Position numbers and translations under genes: made by a program
Origin: a virus
Taxonomy: Duplodnaviria > Caudoviricetes
DNA length: 34,700 nt
IMG/VR virus record: IMGVR_UViG_3300010042_000016
Coordinates: 1 to 34,700 of that record
Strand: one strand, 5' to 3'
Shown: positions 18,678 through 27,240 of the stretch, piece by piece
Numbering within the stretch: the first letter of the stretch is position 1
Layout of the letters: every line of letters starts with the position of its first letter
Notes under the pieces: generated by a model
What the model was told of the DNA's origin: nothing
Seen by the model: the letters and a program-made list of their open reading frames with translations, nothing else
Databases searched by the model: none

Positions 18678-20195
18678 CTAAAGCCCCAACGTAGCGCGTA
18701 TGTTCCCAGTTCGCTCAATGACCTTATTGCCCTGGCTGGATTCATGTAACCCGTCAAAGGTAAATGCATTGGGGTCACCTGTTCCGCCAAACATCCATCG
18801 CCCACTATTCCTTTTGGGGAATCCTGATGGGCCAACTTCCATAATGTCGGCAATATCGATATAACCACCATTATCTGTACGTACTTCGTTGCGTATTAAA
18901 TCATTATAGGCAGTGCGAACAGCTTCATTGGCCGCCACTGTTTGATTAGCGTAGGTAGCAAATGAGTCCGAAGATGTGGCACTAGGCGCGATAGTGCATT
19001 TCCATACCCTAAGGCCAGCGGCAATTGCTAGATTTGCTAATACGTTTGTGGCAGTCAGCAAGTCAGCCGCACTTACTCCGTTAGTTATGTCATTAATTCC
19101 TGCTTGTAAAATTACATCAGTAAAGTTACTGCCTATAAATGTTTTTCTAACTGTTGAGTTAGCTGTCATCTGCGTAACCAGATCACCGCCAACTGCTAAA
19201 GATGTATAGGCATGTGTTTTACCTATTGATGGGAATATTTCACCCACGTCACCGGATTGGTCTTTATTGCCGAGGGTGGACAATGCGGCCATCTTGCTGT
19301 CACCGAAGCCCAAAAAAGACCGCTTTGCTGTGTTCCCGAGTATGCGAGTAGGCATATAAATATTGCCACCTGCTACCGTATTGCTAATGTTTCCGCCCAA
19401 TGTCAGATCGGTTATGCCCGTAGTGCCATAGTTAGCAGCTTCGCCAAGAACATTCTGGTTGTTGTTTGACGTAGTTGTGAGGAAAGTAAGTAAGCGGCCT
19501 GAACCTTGGCATACAACATAGCTACGAATCCAGAAGCGGGCATTTTTTGGAATGGTGACGGCTAAAGCATCAGATTGAAGCAGCGACACATCAGGTATGG
19601 AGCCTTGCGCAACTCCGCTGAATTTCAGTTGGGTAAATGTGCCCGCTGGATATTCTACAGATGCAGTAATGTTCATGGCACCGCCAGAGCCTACGTCCTG
19701 TCCAGATCCAGATGGTGTGGTTGTTCCATTAACACCCATTACATTGGGGAACTCAACCTTTAGGCTTGTTATTGCATCTCGCGCAATGTGAAAGCTGCGG
19801 TACATACCTTGTGTGTTAGTCGCATCTTTATTGCGCGGATAGTAACAACGTGTTGCCACTTGCCCAGTGTAAGCTGGCACTTCCCCACCCCCGCCACTAC
19901 CCAATGCTGCATAAGTGGTGCCGTTCCAGAAGTAGATTATGTTGGGTGTAACGTCATTGACTTTGTATTGAAGGCCAGCGTCAGAAGGAGTGCCGGCAGC
20001 TTGAATCGCTGCAAATCCTGCACTCGATATCGGTATCGGGATATCACTGGAATAGGGCTGACTAACAATGCTTACCGCCGCGCCTGAAGCCAATAGGGCA
20101 GTTGCATTCGCATCCGAAAGCGTATTGCCCATCCAGGCCACATACATGCCACGGTTTATATTTAAAGCGTTCTCACGAATGACCTGGATATCCAC
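18678..20195 (-). CDS. SGNH/GDSL hydrolase domain protein, possible virion-associated esterase (505 aa)
   Basis: Blocks GFGDSK, AVGG, QAGINDI and DGLH; N-terminal 100-aa domain and GSGGGG linker; no signal peptide; GTG start with GGGGA RBS. Confidence 0.85.
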   Translation of the reverse strand: MDIQVIRENALNINRGMYVAWMGNTLSDANATALLASGAAVSIVSQPYSSDIPIPISSAGFAAIQAAGTPSDAGLQYKVNDVTPNIIYFWNGTTYAALGSGGGGEVPAYTGQVATRCYYPRNKDATNTQGMYRSFHIARDAITSLKVEFPNVMGVNGTTTPSGSGQDVGSGGAMNITASVEYPAGTFTQLKFSGVAQGSIPDVSLLQSDALAVTIPKNARFWIRSYVVCQGSGRLLTFLTTTSNNNQNVLGEAANYGTTGITDLTLGGNISNTVAGGNIYMPTRILGNTAKRSFLGFGDSKMAALSTLGNKDQSGDVGEIFPSIGKTHAYTSLAVGGDLVTQMTANSTVRKTFIGSNFTDVILQAGINDITNGVSAADLLTATNVLANLAIAAGLRVWKCTIAPSATSSDSFATYANQTVAANEAVRTAYNDLIRNEVRTDNGGYIDIADIMEVGPSGFPKRNSGRWMFGGTGDPNAFTFDGLHESSQGNKVIERTGNIRATLGL

Positions 20196-20204
20196 GATAT
20201 TCCC

Positions 20205-22151
20205 CTATTGCATTGTTTGCGGTTGTTGTTGAAGCATCTGGACCAGGCTTGATACTGGCGGCATGCCTTGCGGCTCAAGTTGCTCCTCTTGAAGCTCAGG
20301 CTGCAATGCACCAGGCGCAGCCATGCCATTTTCGAGGTCGGTAATGCCGAGCAATGTCTTCGCGTCCAGCTTCTCATCGAAGCGTTTAAGCGTTTCATCG
20401 ATCAGGTTGACGGTGACGGTCGCAAGCTGTTGATTGTTCGATTGCAGAGCGCCCATATACACTTCAAGGCCTTTCTGAATCTCGGGAAGAATCTGTATCC
20501 ACTGATCGCGCTCGCGCATCTTGTTCGGCTTGCTGGTACTGCCGGCGCGAATGCCGATGTTGACCATGCCGAACATATCTTTCTTGGATAGCTCAGGCCA
20601 TACCGCTTCATTTCCGAAGCGCTTGATGATCATTTCCTTGGGCATATTGAGCAAAAGCAGCTGGCTTGCATAAATAGCAATGTCAGTCAGCCAATCCTCG
20701 ATCACGTCCAGGCTTTCACCGGTGCGGCCAGCCTGGCCAGCGGATGCAATCTCTGCCTCGGTGGCTGTCTTGGCTACGCGAATAGCGCCACTGGCTGCAT
20801 CCTGCGTATTGCCGACCTTCTCCATGTTGAAAAGAATGTCGGAGGTGTCATACATCTGCGGATTGTAGGGAATCTCAGGCAGGAAACCGAGCATGTTTTG
20901 GGCGTTCTCACCCGCGTTCATAGTGACGCCAACTACTTCGGTATTGATGGTGCGGTTGTTTATTGCGGAGATTTCTGTATCACTAGCACCGGATGCTTTG
21001 TTGATAATGCGAACCGGGATATTCTTTTCACGGTGGGCGGCAGCGCGTGTAAGGCGAGTGATGTACTCATCCTGCAACTGCATAAGCTGTTCGACCATGG
21101 ACTTCGGATATTTCTTGCCATCCACCCGGCGCAGCTGCAGGCCGAAGAATGGGTACCACTGCTCACCCAGGGCGGCAGGTTGATAAGGCTTGCGGATGTA
21201 CTGCCTTACGCCATCGCAGAGCGTGTAGACCGTGTTATCTTTCAGGCTCCACACTTCCCATATGATCATAAGCTGGTCGTCTTCATCAACGTCCTTGGCC
21301 TCAGCCTGGGCAACTTCATCACTAGTGGTGGTTTCAATGTACTTACGGAAGCCAGTAGGTGGAGCTTTGCCGAATTGCTGCTTGAATGCGCCGACCGTCA
21401 TCTTGATTTCGTGGGCGATCTCGGTAGCCATGGGGAATTCGTCAATGTCGCGCACCGAGGCATCCAGGATGATCAAGTCTTCAGCCGACAGGTTATCAAC
21501 GACAAGGCCTTCCGATACCACCACTTCGACCTTTGCATGCAGTGCGGCAAGCTGTTGCTTCATTTCGAACATCTGTGCGTCATAATCAGCGCTGATGCCG
21601 CCTGCGTCCTGCGTTTCCTTAATCAATACTTCGATCTGCTCAAGATTGTCCTGAGTATCGTTAATGCGATTGCGGATGACAGGGTCGTCCTTCTTTTCCC
21701 GCTGATAGATGACCTTGACGAAGCCGATGGTGCTGGTCAGAGCGCCACGCACGGATGATTTGCCACGCTTCTTCAGCTTCGCATCTTTCACCAGGAAGAC
21801 GTTTAAGGCATCCTCAAGGGTCAGAGCGAACTTGCCGAGCAACGGATAATCCTCTGTGCTGATGCGATCATCAACCTCAACGGATATCTCCGGCGCTTTG
21901 GCATAGATAGAAGGCTGGATGGTTTCCAGCATGGAGCCGATGAGATTGACCAAGACCAAGCCTTTGTCGGTATCACCGTCTGCAACATCACCATCCGCAT
22001 AGTTGCGCGCTTCAATCCAAGTCTTTGCTCGTTCCTTCAATGGCTTCTTGAAGGCGAGAATCCTTTTCATTAAGCGATTAACGTGTGCTTCTTCATCCGT
22101 AGGCGTCGGACTTTCACCCGGCGCCGGATCATCAAACTTCTCTATAGCCAT
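20205..22151 (-). CDS. Portal protein (648 aa)
   Basis: Position after terL; IWEVWS, YPFF, LMQLQDEY and KTATEAEI motifs; Gln-rich tail as in P22-like portals. Confidence 0.85.
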   Translation of the reverse strand: MAIEKFDDPAPGESPTPTDEEAHVNRLMKRILAFKKPLKERAKTWIEARNYADGDVADGDTDKGLVLVNLIGSMLETIQPSIYAKAPEISVEVDDRISTEDYPLLGKFALTLEDALNVFLVKDAKLKKRGKSSVRGALTSTIGFVKVIYQREKKDDPVIRNRINDTQDNLEQIEVLIKETQDAGGISADYDAQMFEMKQQLAALHAKVEVVVSEGLVVDNLSAEDLIILDASVRDIDEFPMATEIAHEIKMTVGAFKQQFGKAPPTGFRKYIETTTSDEVAQAEAKDVDEDDQLMIIWEVWSLKDNTVYTLCDGVRQYIRKPYQPAALGEQWYPFFGLQLRRVDGKKYPKSMVEQLMQLQDEYITRLTRAAAHREKNIPVRIINKASGASDTEISAINNRTINTEVVGVTMNAGENAQNMLGFLPEIPYNPQMYDTSDILFNMEKVGNTQDAASGAIRVAKTATEAEIASAGQAGRTGESLDVIEDWLTDIAIYASQLLLLNMPKEMIIKRFGNEAVWPELSKKDMFGMVNIGIRAGSTSKPNKMRERDQWIQILPEIQKGLEVYMGALQSNNQQLATVTVNLIDETLKRFDEKLDAKTLLGITDLENGMAAPGALQPELQEEQLEPQGMPPVSSLVQMLQQQPQTMQ

Positions 22152-22156
22152 TGAAA

Positions 22157-22468
22157 TTAATCAATGTCAGATAGCAGGGATGCCTGTATGCCGCCTGATG
22201 TGTAAGCGGTGCAATTCAAGCGCAGGTATTGCGCAAGCACGATAGATTGGATGTTCACGCCTGGGCCTGTGACAGCGGTAGCGCCGGAAGCGGTTGCCCA
22301 TGTAGTGCCATCGACCGAGCTTTGCAGAATCGCAGAGCCGACGAATGCGCCAGAAGGTGAGCCGAGGATTCCAACAACGGCCATGCCTGGCAGAAAGCCG
22401 GCTTCAAGGGTGTTAATTGTGGCACCGGCTACAACTGATGCCAGAACTGCCGATTGTTTTAATCTCAT
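22157..22468 (-). CDS. Small beta-rich putative virion (head decoration/spike base) protein (103 aa)
   Basis: AGGAGA RBS before MRLKQ; LQSSVDGTTW...YLRLN..YTSG pattern; first gene after the late promoter. Confidence 0.55.
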   Translation of the reverse strand: MRLKQSAVLASVVAGATINTLEAGFLPGMAVVGILGSPSGAFVGSAILQSSVDGTTWATASGATAVTGPGVNIQSIVLAQYLRLNCTAYTSGGIQASLLSDID

Positions 22469-22511
22469 GGTAAATCTCCTAAGTTTGCGGATAATTTCAA
22501 AGTGCAAACGA

Positions 22512-22543
22512 AGGGTAACTCACCATTTTATTTTCCATGCGTT
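22512..22543 (-). promoter_or_regulatory. Putative late promoter (copy 4) for the portal module
   Basis: AACGCATGGAA (22543-22533), 15 nt, TACCCT (22517-22512). Confidence 0.7.
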
Positions 22544-22555
22544 GCTAATTTAGGC

Positions 22556-22582
22556 AATAAAAAAGCCCGCCGAAGCGAGCTT
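22556..22582 (-). terminator. Intrinsic terminator downstream of terL
   Basis: AAGCTCGC-TTCG-GCGGGCTT followed by TTTTATT. Confidence 0.85.
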
Positions 22583-22663
22583 AATTTTTTGTGTGCGCTG
22601 AGTGGCTCCACGCGAATAGCGAATCTAACGACCGGGCTCTCTCACTTCGGTTAACGCTCTTTC

Positions 22664-22751
22664 ATTCACAACACAGCTGATCACTTACGTTCTACTACCC
22701 GGCGAACTCTCAGCAAATCGACGCTAAGAAGTGATCAGTTGTCTTATGAAT
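22664..22751 (-). ncRNA. Candidate structured small RNA (long stem closing two hairpins)
   Basis: 23-nt inverted repeat (22664-22686 / 22729-22751, 20 of 23 Watson-Crick) enclosing CTTAGC-GTCGATTT-GCTGAG and GTTC-GCCGGGTAGTA-GAAC hairpins on the minus strand. Confidence 0.55.
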
Positions 22752-22766
22752 AAATAAATTGTACTC

Positions 22767-24341
22767 CTAAGTTCGCCCTCTGTATTTAGAAACTTTCTTC
22801 GGCTCTTCAGAGTTTTGCAGCATCCATGCCACGGTATCAGGCTCAGGCGGCGGCTTGCGTGGAGGCTTAGGCTTACCGGCATTGCGCATGCTATCCAGGC
22901 CACGGCCAAGCAAGCCCATTACGTCCACGGCATCGTCATACTTGCCGCCATTGAATTTAAGCAGTTGGCTTATTACTTCATTCACCCACTCGGTTGCATC
23001 GGTGCTTTCAGGGAAATAAACCATGTTCATCGCCATGCGGCCTTGAATGCTGCGCGCCCGGCTCGGCTTGTCTGATATCGACGATATCCAATCGATAGCG
23101 AAATAGGCCTTGCGCTCACGCATGCGCTTAGTCAGGTAAGGATTAATAGATGCCTTGATGACACCACCTTCCCCGAACCATCGCACCGTGTTCCAGCGCT
23201 GCATCAGGTCTATCTTGGTTTCAATCCACACATCGCTGGTTGTCTGCCCACGCCACCAATCGACTACATAGATATTGCCTTCGGGATCCACACCGAACAC
23301 GCCATGCTCAGTAAAGTCGCCGCCGTTCAATGTCACGGCATAATCGCTTGCGCCGTAGTAAATCAGGTTCTTCGGCAGGTTCTTGTAACGATGGATCATC
23401 TTCAGCGTGAAGAAATCACCGTCTTCCGGCGTAGGCTTCTGCTGGTACAGGCTCGACCAGGTACGCGGATTGTTCTTAAATGGCGCCCAATGCTCATGAC
23501 TGAACCACTCAGGCCATAGCGTTTCACCAAGCTTGCGATTAAGCGGGTCGTCAGCACGATCGGCAATAGCAGGCAAACAGATGACATGCCACGTTCTACC
23601 ATCGCGCCCGGCGAATATGCCACTCTCACCGTCCCATTCCTCGGGGAGAATGCGGCCGGCCGGGTCGTCCTGATGCCACCGTGTAAGTATCATGATCTGC
23701 GGTGCACCAGGTATCAACCGACTGCAGAAGTCATCCGTGTACGCTTCCCACGTCTTTTTACGGATGATGGGCGATTCTGCGGCTTCACGGCCTCGTATCG
23801 GGTCATCCAGTATGCCAAGGGCTGCACGATTACCTGTTAAGCCTGAGAGTAGGCCACCCGACATATACTCGCTGCCATTGGTCATGCTCCACTGATCAGC
23901 GGCGGCATTGTCACCGCTCAAGCCTATGCCCATGAGATTGTAGAACGATGGCGATTTAATCAGCTGCCGGGCTCGCCTGCCCTGCTTTGCAGCGATATCT
24001 GAGGCATAAGAGGCAAGGATCACATTGCGGCGCGGCTTCCTGGCCATGAACCAAGGGACGAATACCACGTCGCTGTATGTTGATTTGGCGCTACCTGGCG
24101 GCATTAGAACCATAAGATTAGGGATTAAGCCCGCTTCGACCTTCTGCAAGCTTTCAAGCAATAGGCGGTGATGGTTGGCTAAGGTGCCAAGGCGCATGAC
24201 GCTGAATCGGTCTTCATCTGCTACGTCGGTAAGTGGAACAGTGGGAATGTCCACCATAGATGCGAAGTCGACTACATTTTGCTTGGCGAGGTATTGCCTG
24301 CAAGCAAGTATATCGGCGCTACTTAACTGGGATGGAAGCAA
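22767..24341 (-). CDS. terL: Terminase large subunit (524 aa)
   Basis: Walker A MPPGSAKST, Walker B GILDDP, ILTRWHQDD, LYQQKP, nuclease SDYA...DFT and YDDAVD. Confidence 0.95.
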   Translation of the reverse strand: MLPSQLSSADILACRQYLAKQNVVDFASMVDIPTVPLTDVADEDRFSVMRLGTLANHHRLLLESLQKVEAGLIPNLMVLMPPGSAKSTYSDVVFVPWFMARKPRRNVILASYASDIAAKQGRRARQLIKSPSFYNLMGIGLSGDNAAADQWSMTNGSEYMSGGLLSGLTGNRAALGILDDPIRGREAAESPIIRKKTWEAYTDDFCSRLIPGAPQIMILTRWHQDDPAGRILPEEWDGESGIFAGRDGRTWHVICLPAIADRADDPLNRKLGETLWPEWFSHEHWAPFKNNPRTWSSLYQQKPTPEDGDFFTLKMIHRYKNLPKNLIYYGASDYAVTLNGGDFTEHGVFGVDPEGNIYVVDWWRGQTTSDVWIETKIDLMQRWNTVRWFGEGGVIKASINPYLTKRMRERKAYFAIDWISSISDKPSRARSIQGRMAMNMVYFPESTDATEWVNEVISQLLKFNGGKYDDAVDVMGLLGRGLDSMRNAGKPKPPRKPPPEPDTVAWMLQNSEEPKKVSKYRGRT

Positions 24342-24819
24342 TTGCTCTTACCACTTCTTCTGTCAACAAGGCTGGATCAATAGAATGCTTTGCATCAAGG
24401 CCCAGGTGCCCGCCATGCTCTACCTTGTCTGTAAATATCTTCAGGTGCTTACCTAAAAGCTCACAGCCTTTAAGCACGCCGCCAGAATCAAACGTGAAGG
24501 CAGGCGCAACAGAGCCATTGGGCAGCTCAACCAAAACCGGGAAGCCTTTGCGATCTATGACCTGCTTGGCCTGACGGCAGCGCTCAATGGTGTCCATGAT
24601 GGTATCTAGCACATACTTTGCAGTGATACCGGTTTCTTCTGAGCGCTTTTCCATCTTGCTTTTTAATGCGTCTTGAACCTTGACAATTCTTAACATGCGC
24701 GAGGCTTGTGTATCAGCAGTCTTAACCGAATACCCCGCCCGAATAGCTGCCTGAGTAGCATTCAGGTCGATCAAATATTCATCGACGAAGCGGGATTGTT
24801 TTGGAGTTAGCTTAGACAA
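24319..24819 (-). CDS. terS: Terminase small subunit (about 166 aa; probable TTG start 24819)
   Basis: KLTPKQSRFVDEYLIDLNATQAAIRAGYS and ELLGKHLKIF are Terminase_2-type motifs. Confidence 0.92.
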   Translation of the reverse strand: MSKLTPKQSRFVDEYLIDLNATQAAIRAGYSVKTADTQASRMLRIVKVQDALKSKMEKRSEETGITAKYVLDTIMDTIERCRQAKQVIDRKGFPVLVELPNGSVAPAFTFDSGGVLKGCELLGKHLKIFTDKVEHGGHLGLDAKHSIDPALLTEEVVRAIASIPVK

Positions 24820-25063
24820 CTTCAGAAGTTCCAAGCACAAATGAATGAACGTTTGGATAGTCAGCCAATATCTTGTCAATGCCTTTCGATATAGCCACCC
24901 CATCGCTCATAGTCAAAGCTGCATAATCAGGAGCCTTGCCAAGTAAGAAATGTTTGCTCGCATGGAAGATGACCATAGTGTCGCCAACCGATAGGTTTAA
25001 TGTGATTTTTCCATCACTTGCTCTTTGTTGTGACGTAATAAGCACTTCGCCTTTTAGCTTCAC
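24812..25063 (-). CDS. Hypothetical protein (83 aa)
   Basis: GTGA coupling with the upstream gene; stop overlaps the terS start. Confidence 0.6.
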   Translation of the reverse strand: MKLKGEVLITSQQRASDGKITLNLSVGDTMVIFHASKHFLLGKAPDYAALTMSDGVAISKGIDKILADYPNVHSFVLGTSEVV

Positions 25064-25275
25064 GCTACCCCATCCCTCAGAATCAATGAATCTTCCATAG
25101 CAGCGCAGTAATCATGCTGAAAGCATTCAAAACTGGCATTAAATTGCGCCTTCTCCGGCTCCGTAAATAAATCACATGCCTTCGCTGCCATGTAGCGTGA
25201 TTTAATGGCCTGGTACTTTTCCAGCATCCTGTAGAAATATTTTTTATGTGCTATGTCAGCCATCGTAGTGTTCAT
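25060..25275 (-). CDS. Hypothetical protein (71 aa)
   Basis: ATGA/GTGA coupling on both sides. Confidence 0.6.
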   Translation of the reverse strand: MNTTMADIAHKKYFYRMLEKYQAIKSRYMAAKACDLFTEPEKAQFNASFECFQHDYCAAMEDSLILRDGVA

Positions 25276-25547
25276 GCTATTTCATCCTCAGAATTATCAA
25301 TGATGGTCACCACGCCCAATATCTTCTGGTATTTCGACCTCTTGAAGCACCAGACCTTGTTATGAGCATCAATACGAGCGCGTGCTCCTATGACCTTTCC
25401 GGCGTTATACATGTCGATCAGGATCGGTAAGGCTGTGTGAAAGTGCATCCCGGCGCGTACGGCGATAGCGGCTACAGGTTGCCAAGTGTTAAGCAGCTGT
25501 TCCTCGACCTTCTGTTCGTTTGATTTTTCCATCATCTCCCCGATCAT
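25272..25547 (-). CDS. Hypothetical protein, winged helix-like (91 aa)
   Basis: WQPVAAIAVRAGMHFHTALPILIDMYNAGKV helix-turn-helix pattern followed by a beta hairpin; coupled to neighbours. Confidence 0.5.
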   Translation of the reverse strand: MIGEMMEKSNEQKVEEQLLNTWQPVAAIAVRAGMHFHTALPILIDMYNAGKVIGARARIDAHNKVWCFKRSKYQKILGVVTIIDNSEDEIA

Positions 25548-25816
25548 CGCTTGCCCTTTTTATTGCGGGCATGGTTATGTAGCGGATGGTTACAAACATT
25601 GCGCCAGCCGCCTCCGAACATTCCATAGTCGCGAACTGGTTCAATAACTCGATCTGAAACGCCGCGCCTTGCTTTCTTCTCTCGGATAATTCCAGGCTGT
25701 TGCACTACCCTTGGGCTAGGATTGCTTGCGCCGCTATTCACAGGAGCGGCAATAGGCGCAGCCATGGTCGCCATTAATGCCATCGCCACCAAGCTTCCAT
25801 TCAGATGCTTCTTCAT
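25544..25816 (-). CDS. Hypothetical basic protein with hydrophobic N-terminus (90 aa)
   Basis: ATGA coupling on both sides. Confidence 0.55.
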   Translation of the reverse strand: MKKHLNGSLVAMALMATMAAPIAAPVNSGASNPSPRVVQQPGIIREKKARRGVSDRVIEPVRDYGMFGGGWRNVCNHPLHNHARNKKGKR

Positions 25817-26019
25817 AGCCCCGCCTTTCTCGAATTAAAGTTCTCGTATTCCTTCATCACCATGCGCACGTATTGCTGGCGGGTTGCCCGAAATGGCAGC
25901 ATGTGGAGCAATACCATGCCGACTTGGGTCTTGATGGCATACAGGTGCACAAGTGTTGTGACATCCGGCACCCAAAAGCATGAGGACCAATCGGCTTTGA
26001 TGTGATCGTGCTCAGGCAC
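25813..26019 (-). CDS. Hypothetical protein (68 aa)
   Basis: GTG start overlaps the upstream TAG; ATGA overlap downstream. Confidence 0.5.
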   Translation of the reverse strand: MPEHDHIKADWSSCFWVPDVTTLVHLYAIKTQVGMVLLHMLPFRATRQQYVRMVMKEYENFNSRKAGL

Positions 26020-26180
26020 TACGCAAGGCCTACTGCTAACGCTTGCTCAGCCAAATACTCAGCATTCGCCTTATCCCAAATATCTGGCAGCATGCAATAG
26101 CGAATCCCGATATGCGTTACCCGCTGTTGAGCGAAGCCGTAGGTGCCGTATACGGCTGAATATGTCTTTTTAGGTCGCAT
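26019..26180 (-). CDS. Hypothetical protein (53 aa; start ATG 26180)
   Basis: MRPKKTYSAVYG... preceded by GGAGG; fills the gap in the coupled operon. Confidence 0.5.
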   Translation of the reverse strand: MRPKKTYSAVYGTYGFAQQRVTHIGIRYCMLPDIWDKANAEYLAEQALAVGLA

Positions 26181-26580
26181 GCTTCTTGCCCTCCAAATAA
26201 TCCTCAACGAACTTAATTGCCTTCCCGCTTGTAACCAGGTGGCCAGTGAATCGGAATAGCGTCCAACCCATAGCGGCCAAAGTGTTGTACTTGATTGAAT
26301 CAGCCTCAAATCCTGCCGCCCGGTTATGCCTGCCGTTGCTATGCGTGCCGCCTTCAATCTCGATGGCCAGCTTCATTGCCACATTGGCGAAGTCCACGCG
26401 CCATTTCCGCGATGGATGGAATTTATGCTCAGCTATCCAGCCTTGCGCGAGGCCTGCCGCCTTCAGCTGAAACTCAAACGTCTTTTCCAGGTGATCGCGC
26501 ACTGCCCGCTTCGCTTCAGCTGCTAGGTGTTCTTGTAGTGATTGCGGTTTCTTCACGGTAAAGGCACTTCCTTCGGCCAT
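26170..26580 (-). CDS. PD-(D/E)XK / DUF559-Vsr-like endonuclease, possible resolvase (136 aa)
   Basis: EHKFHPSRKWRVDFA...LAIEIEGG...GRH...DSIKYN...GW..FRFT. Confidence 0.8.
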   Translation of the reverse strand: MAEGSAFTVKKPQSLQEHLAAEAKRAVRDHLEKTFEFQLKAAGLAQGWIAEHKFHPSRKWRVDFANVAMKLAIEIEGGTHSNGRHNRAAGFEADSIKYNTLAAMGWTLFRFTGHLVTSGKAIKFVEDYLEGKKHAT

Positions 26581-26873
26581 ACTCCAGATTTAACAAGTAG
26601 AGCGATGGTCTTATCATGCGCGGCCTGCCATATTTCCATGGCTTGTTCGCGGGTGATTCCGATGAATAAATCTATGATCCGGTGGCAGTAGACGCACAAG
26701 CTGGCTGCGTATTGGTCACTAGCCTTGATTCCCCGGCCTTTGCCATGGGCTGAAGCGTTGCTATGGCAACCGGCAACGGTACCGTCTTCCCGGCCGCAAT
26801 GCTGGCAAGGGATAGTGCGGTAAAGTTTCATCAGCTTGGGGCTGCGGGTGTAGTTGAACTTTTGTAGTGTCAT
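26553..26873 (-). CDS. DUF1364/DUF968-like Zn-binding HNH-fold nuclease (106 aa)
   Basis: PCQHCG...CHSN...GKGRGIKASD...LCVYCH. Confidence 0.75.
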   Translation of the reverse strand: MTLQKFNYTRSPKLMKLYRTIPCQHCGREDGTVAGCHSNASAHGKGRGIKASDQYAASLCVYCHRIIDLFIGITREQAMEIWQAAHDKTIALLVKSGVWPKEVPLP

Positions 26874-27163
26874 GGCTTGAATACGAGCGTCCGCATATCT
26901 TCAAGATGTTTCTGAACCGCCGCCAGCTGTCCAGCGCTTCCGCTTCCCTCACTTGGCCGGATGCCGCATTGCCATAACTGGTCCATCAAGTCCTGAGCGG
27001 CAATAGCGTCGAAGCTCATAGTTGGCTGACCAATAATTGAATTTTCAGGAAATTGGTTCAGCGTGAGAGGTGCGGCAAGGAATGTTTTACCGTTACCTTC
27101 TTGCACGAATACGGCCATTTCAATCTGGTCGCTCCATGGGCTCATGTGTAATCTAATTTTCAT
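26870..27163 (-). CDS. Hypothetical protein (97 aa)
   Basis: GGAGG RBS; ATGA coupling. Confidence 0.65.
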   Translation of the reverse strand: MKIRLHMSPWSDQIEMAVFVQEGNGKTFLAAPLTLNQFPENSIIGQPTMSFDAIAAQDLMDQLWQCGIRPSEGSGSAGQLAAVQKHLEDMRTLVFKP

Positions 27164-27240
27164 TTAAACGACCTCCCGACAACAATCCCGGCACCAAATG
27201 CAACAAGCATCATGTAACACGCTACAGTTTCAAGAATCAT
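27160..27240 (-). CDS. Small single-TM peptide (26 aa; not in ORF track)
   Basis: MILETVACYMMLVAFGAGIVVGRSFK with ATGA overlaps at both ends and GAGG upstream. Confidence 0.5.
   Translation of the reverse strand: MILETVACYMMLVAFGAGIVVGRSFK

Noticed and set aside
20898-21758. 286-aa plus-strand ORF
   Set aside because: Antisense shadow of the portal gene with no motif or clear RBS.
22590-22751. tRNA or CRISPR mini-array
   Set aside because: No T-loop/anticodon cloverleaf with an acceptor stem and no direct repeat-spacer periodicity.
24957-24967. CGCATGGAA on the plus strand (also GCATGGAA near 18253)
   Set aside because: Wrong orientation, inside coding sequence, no -10 hexamer at 15 nt.
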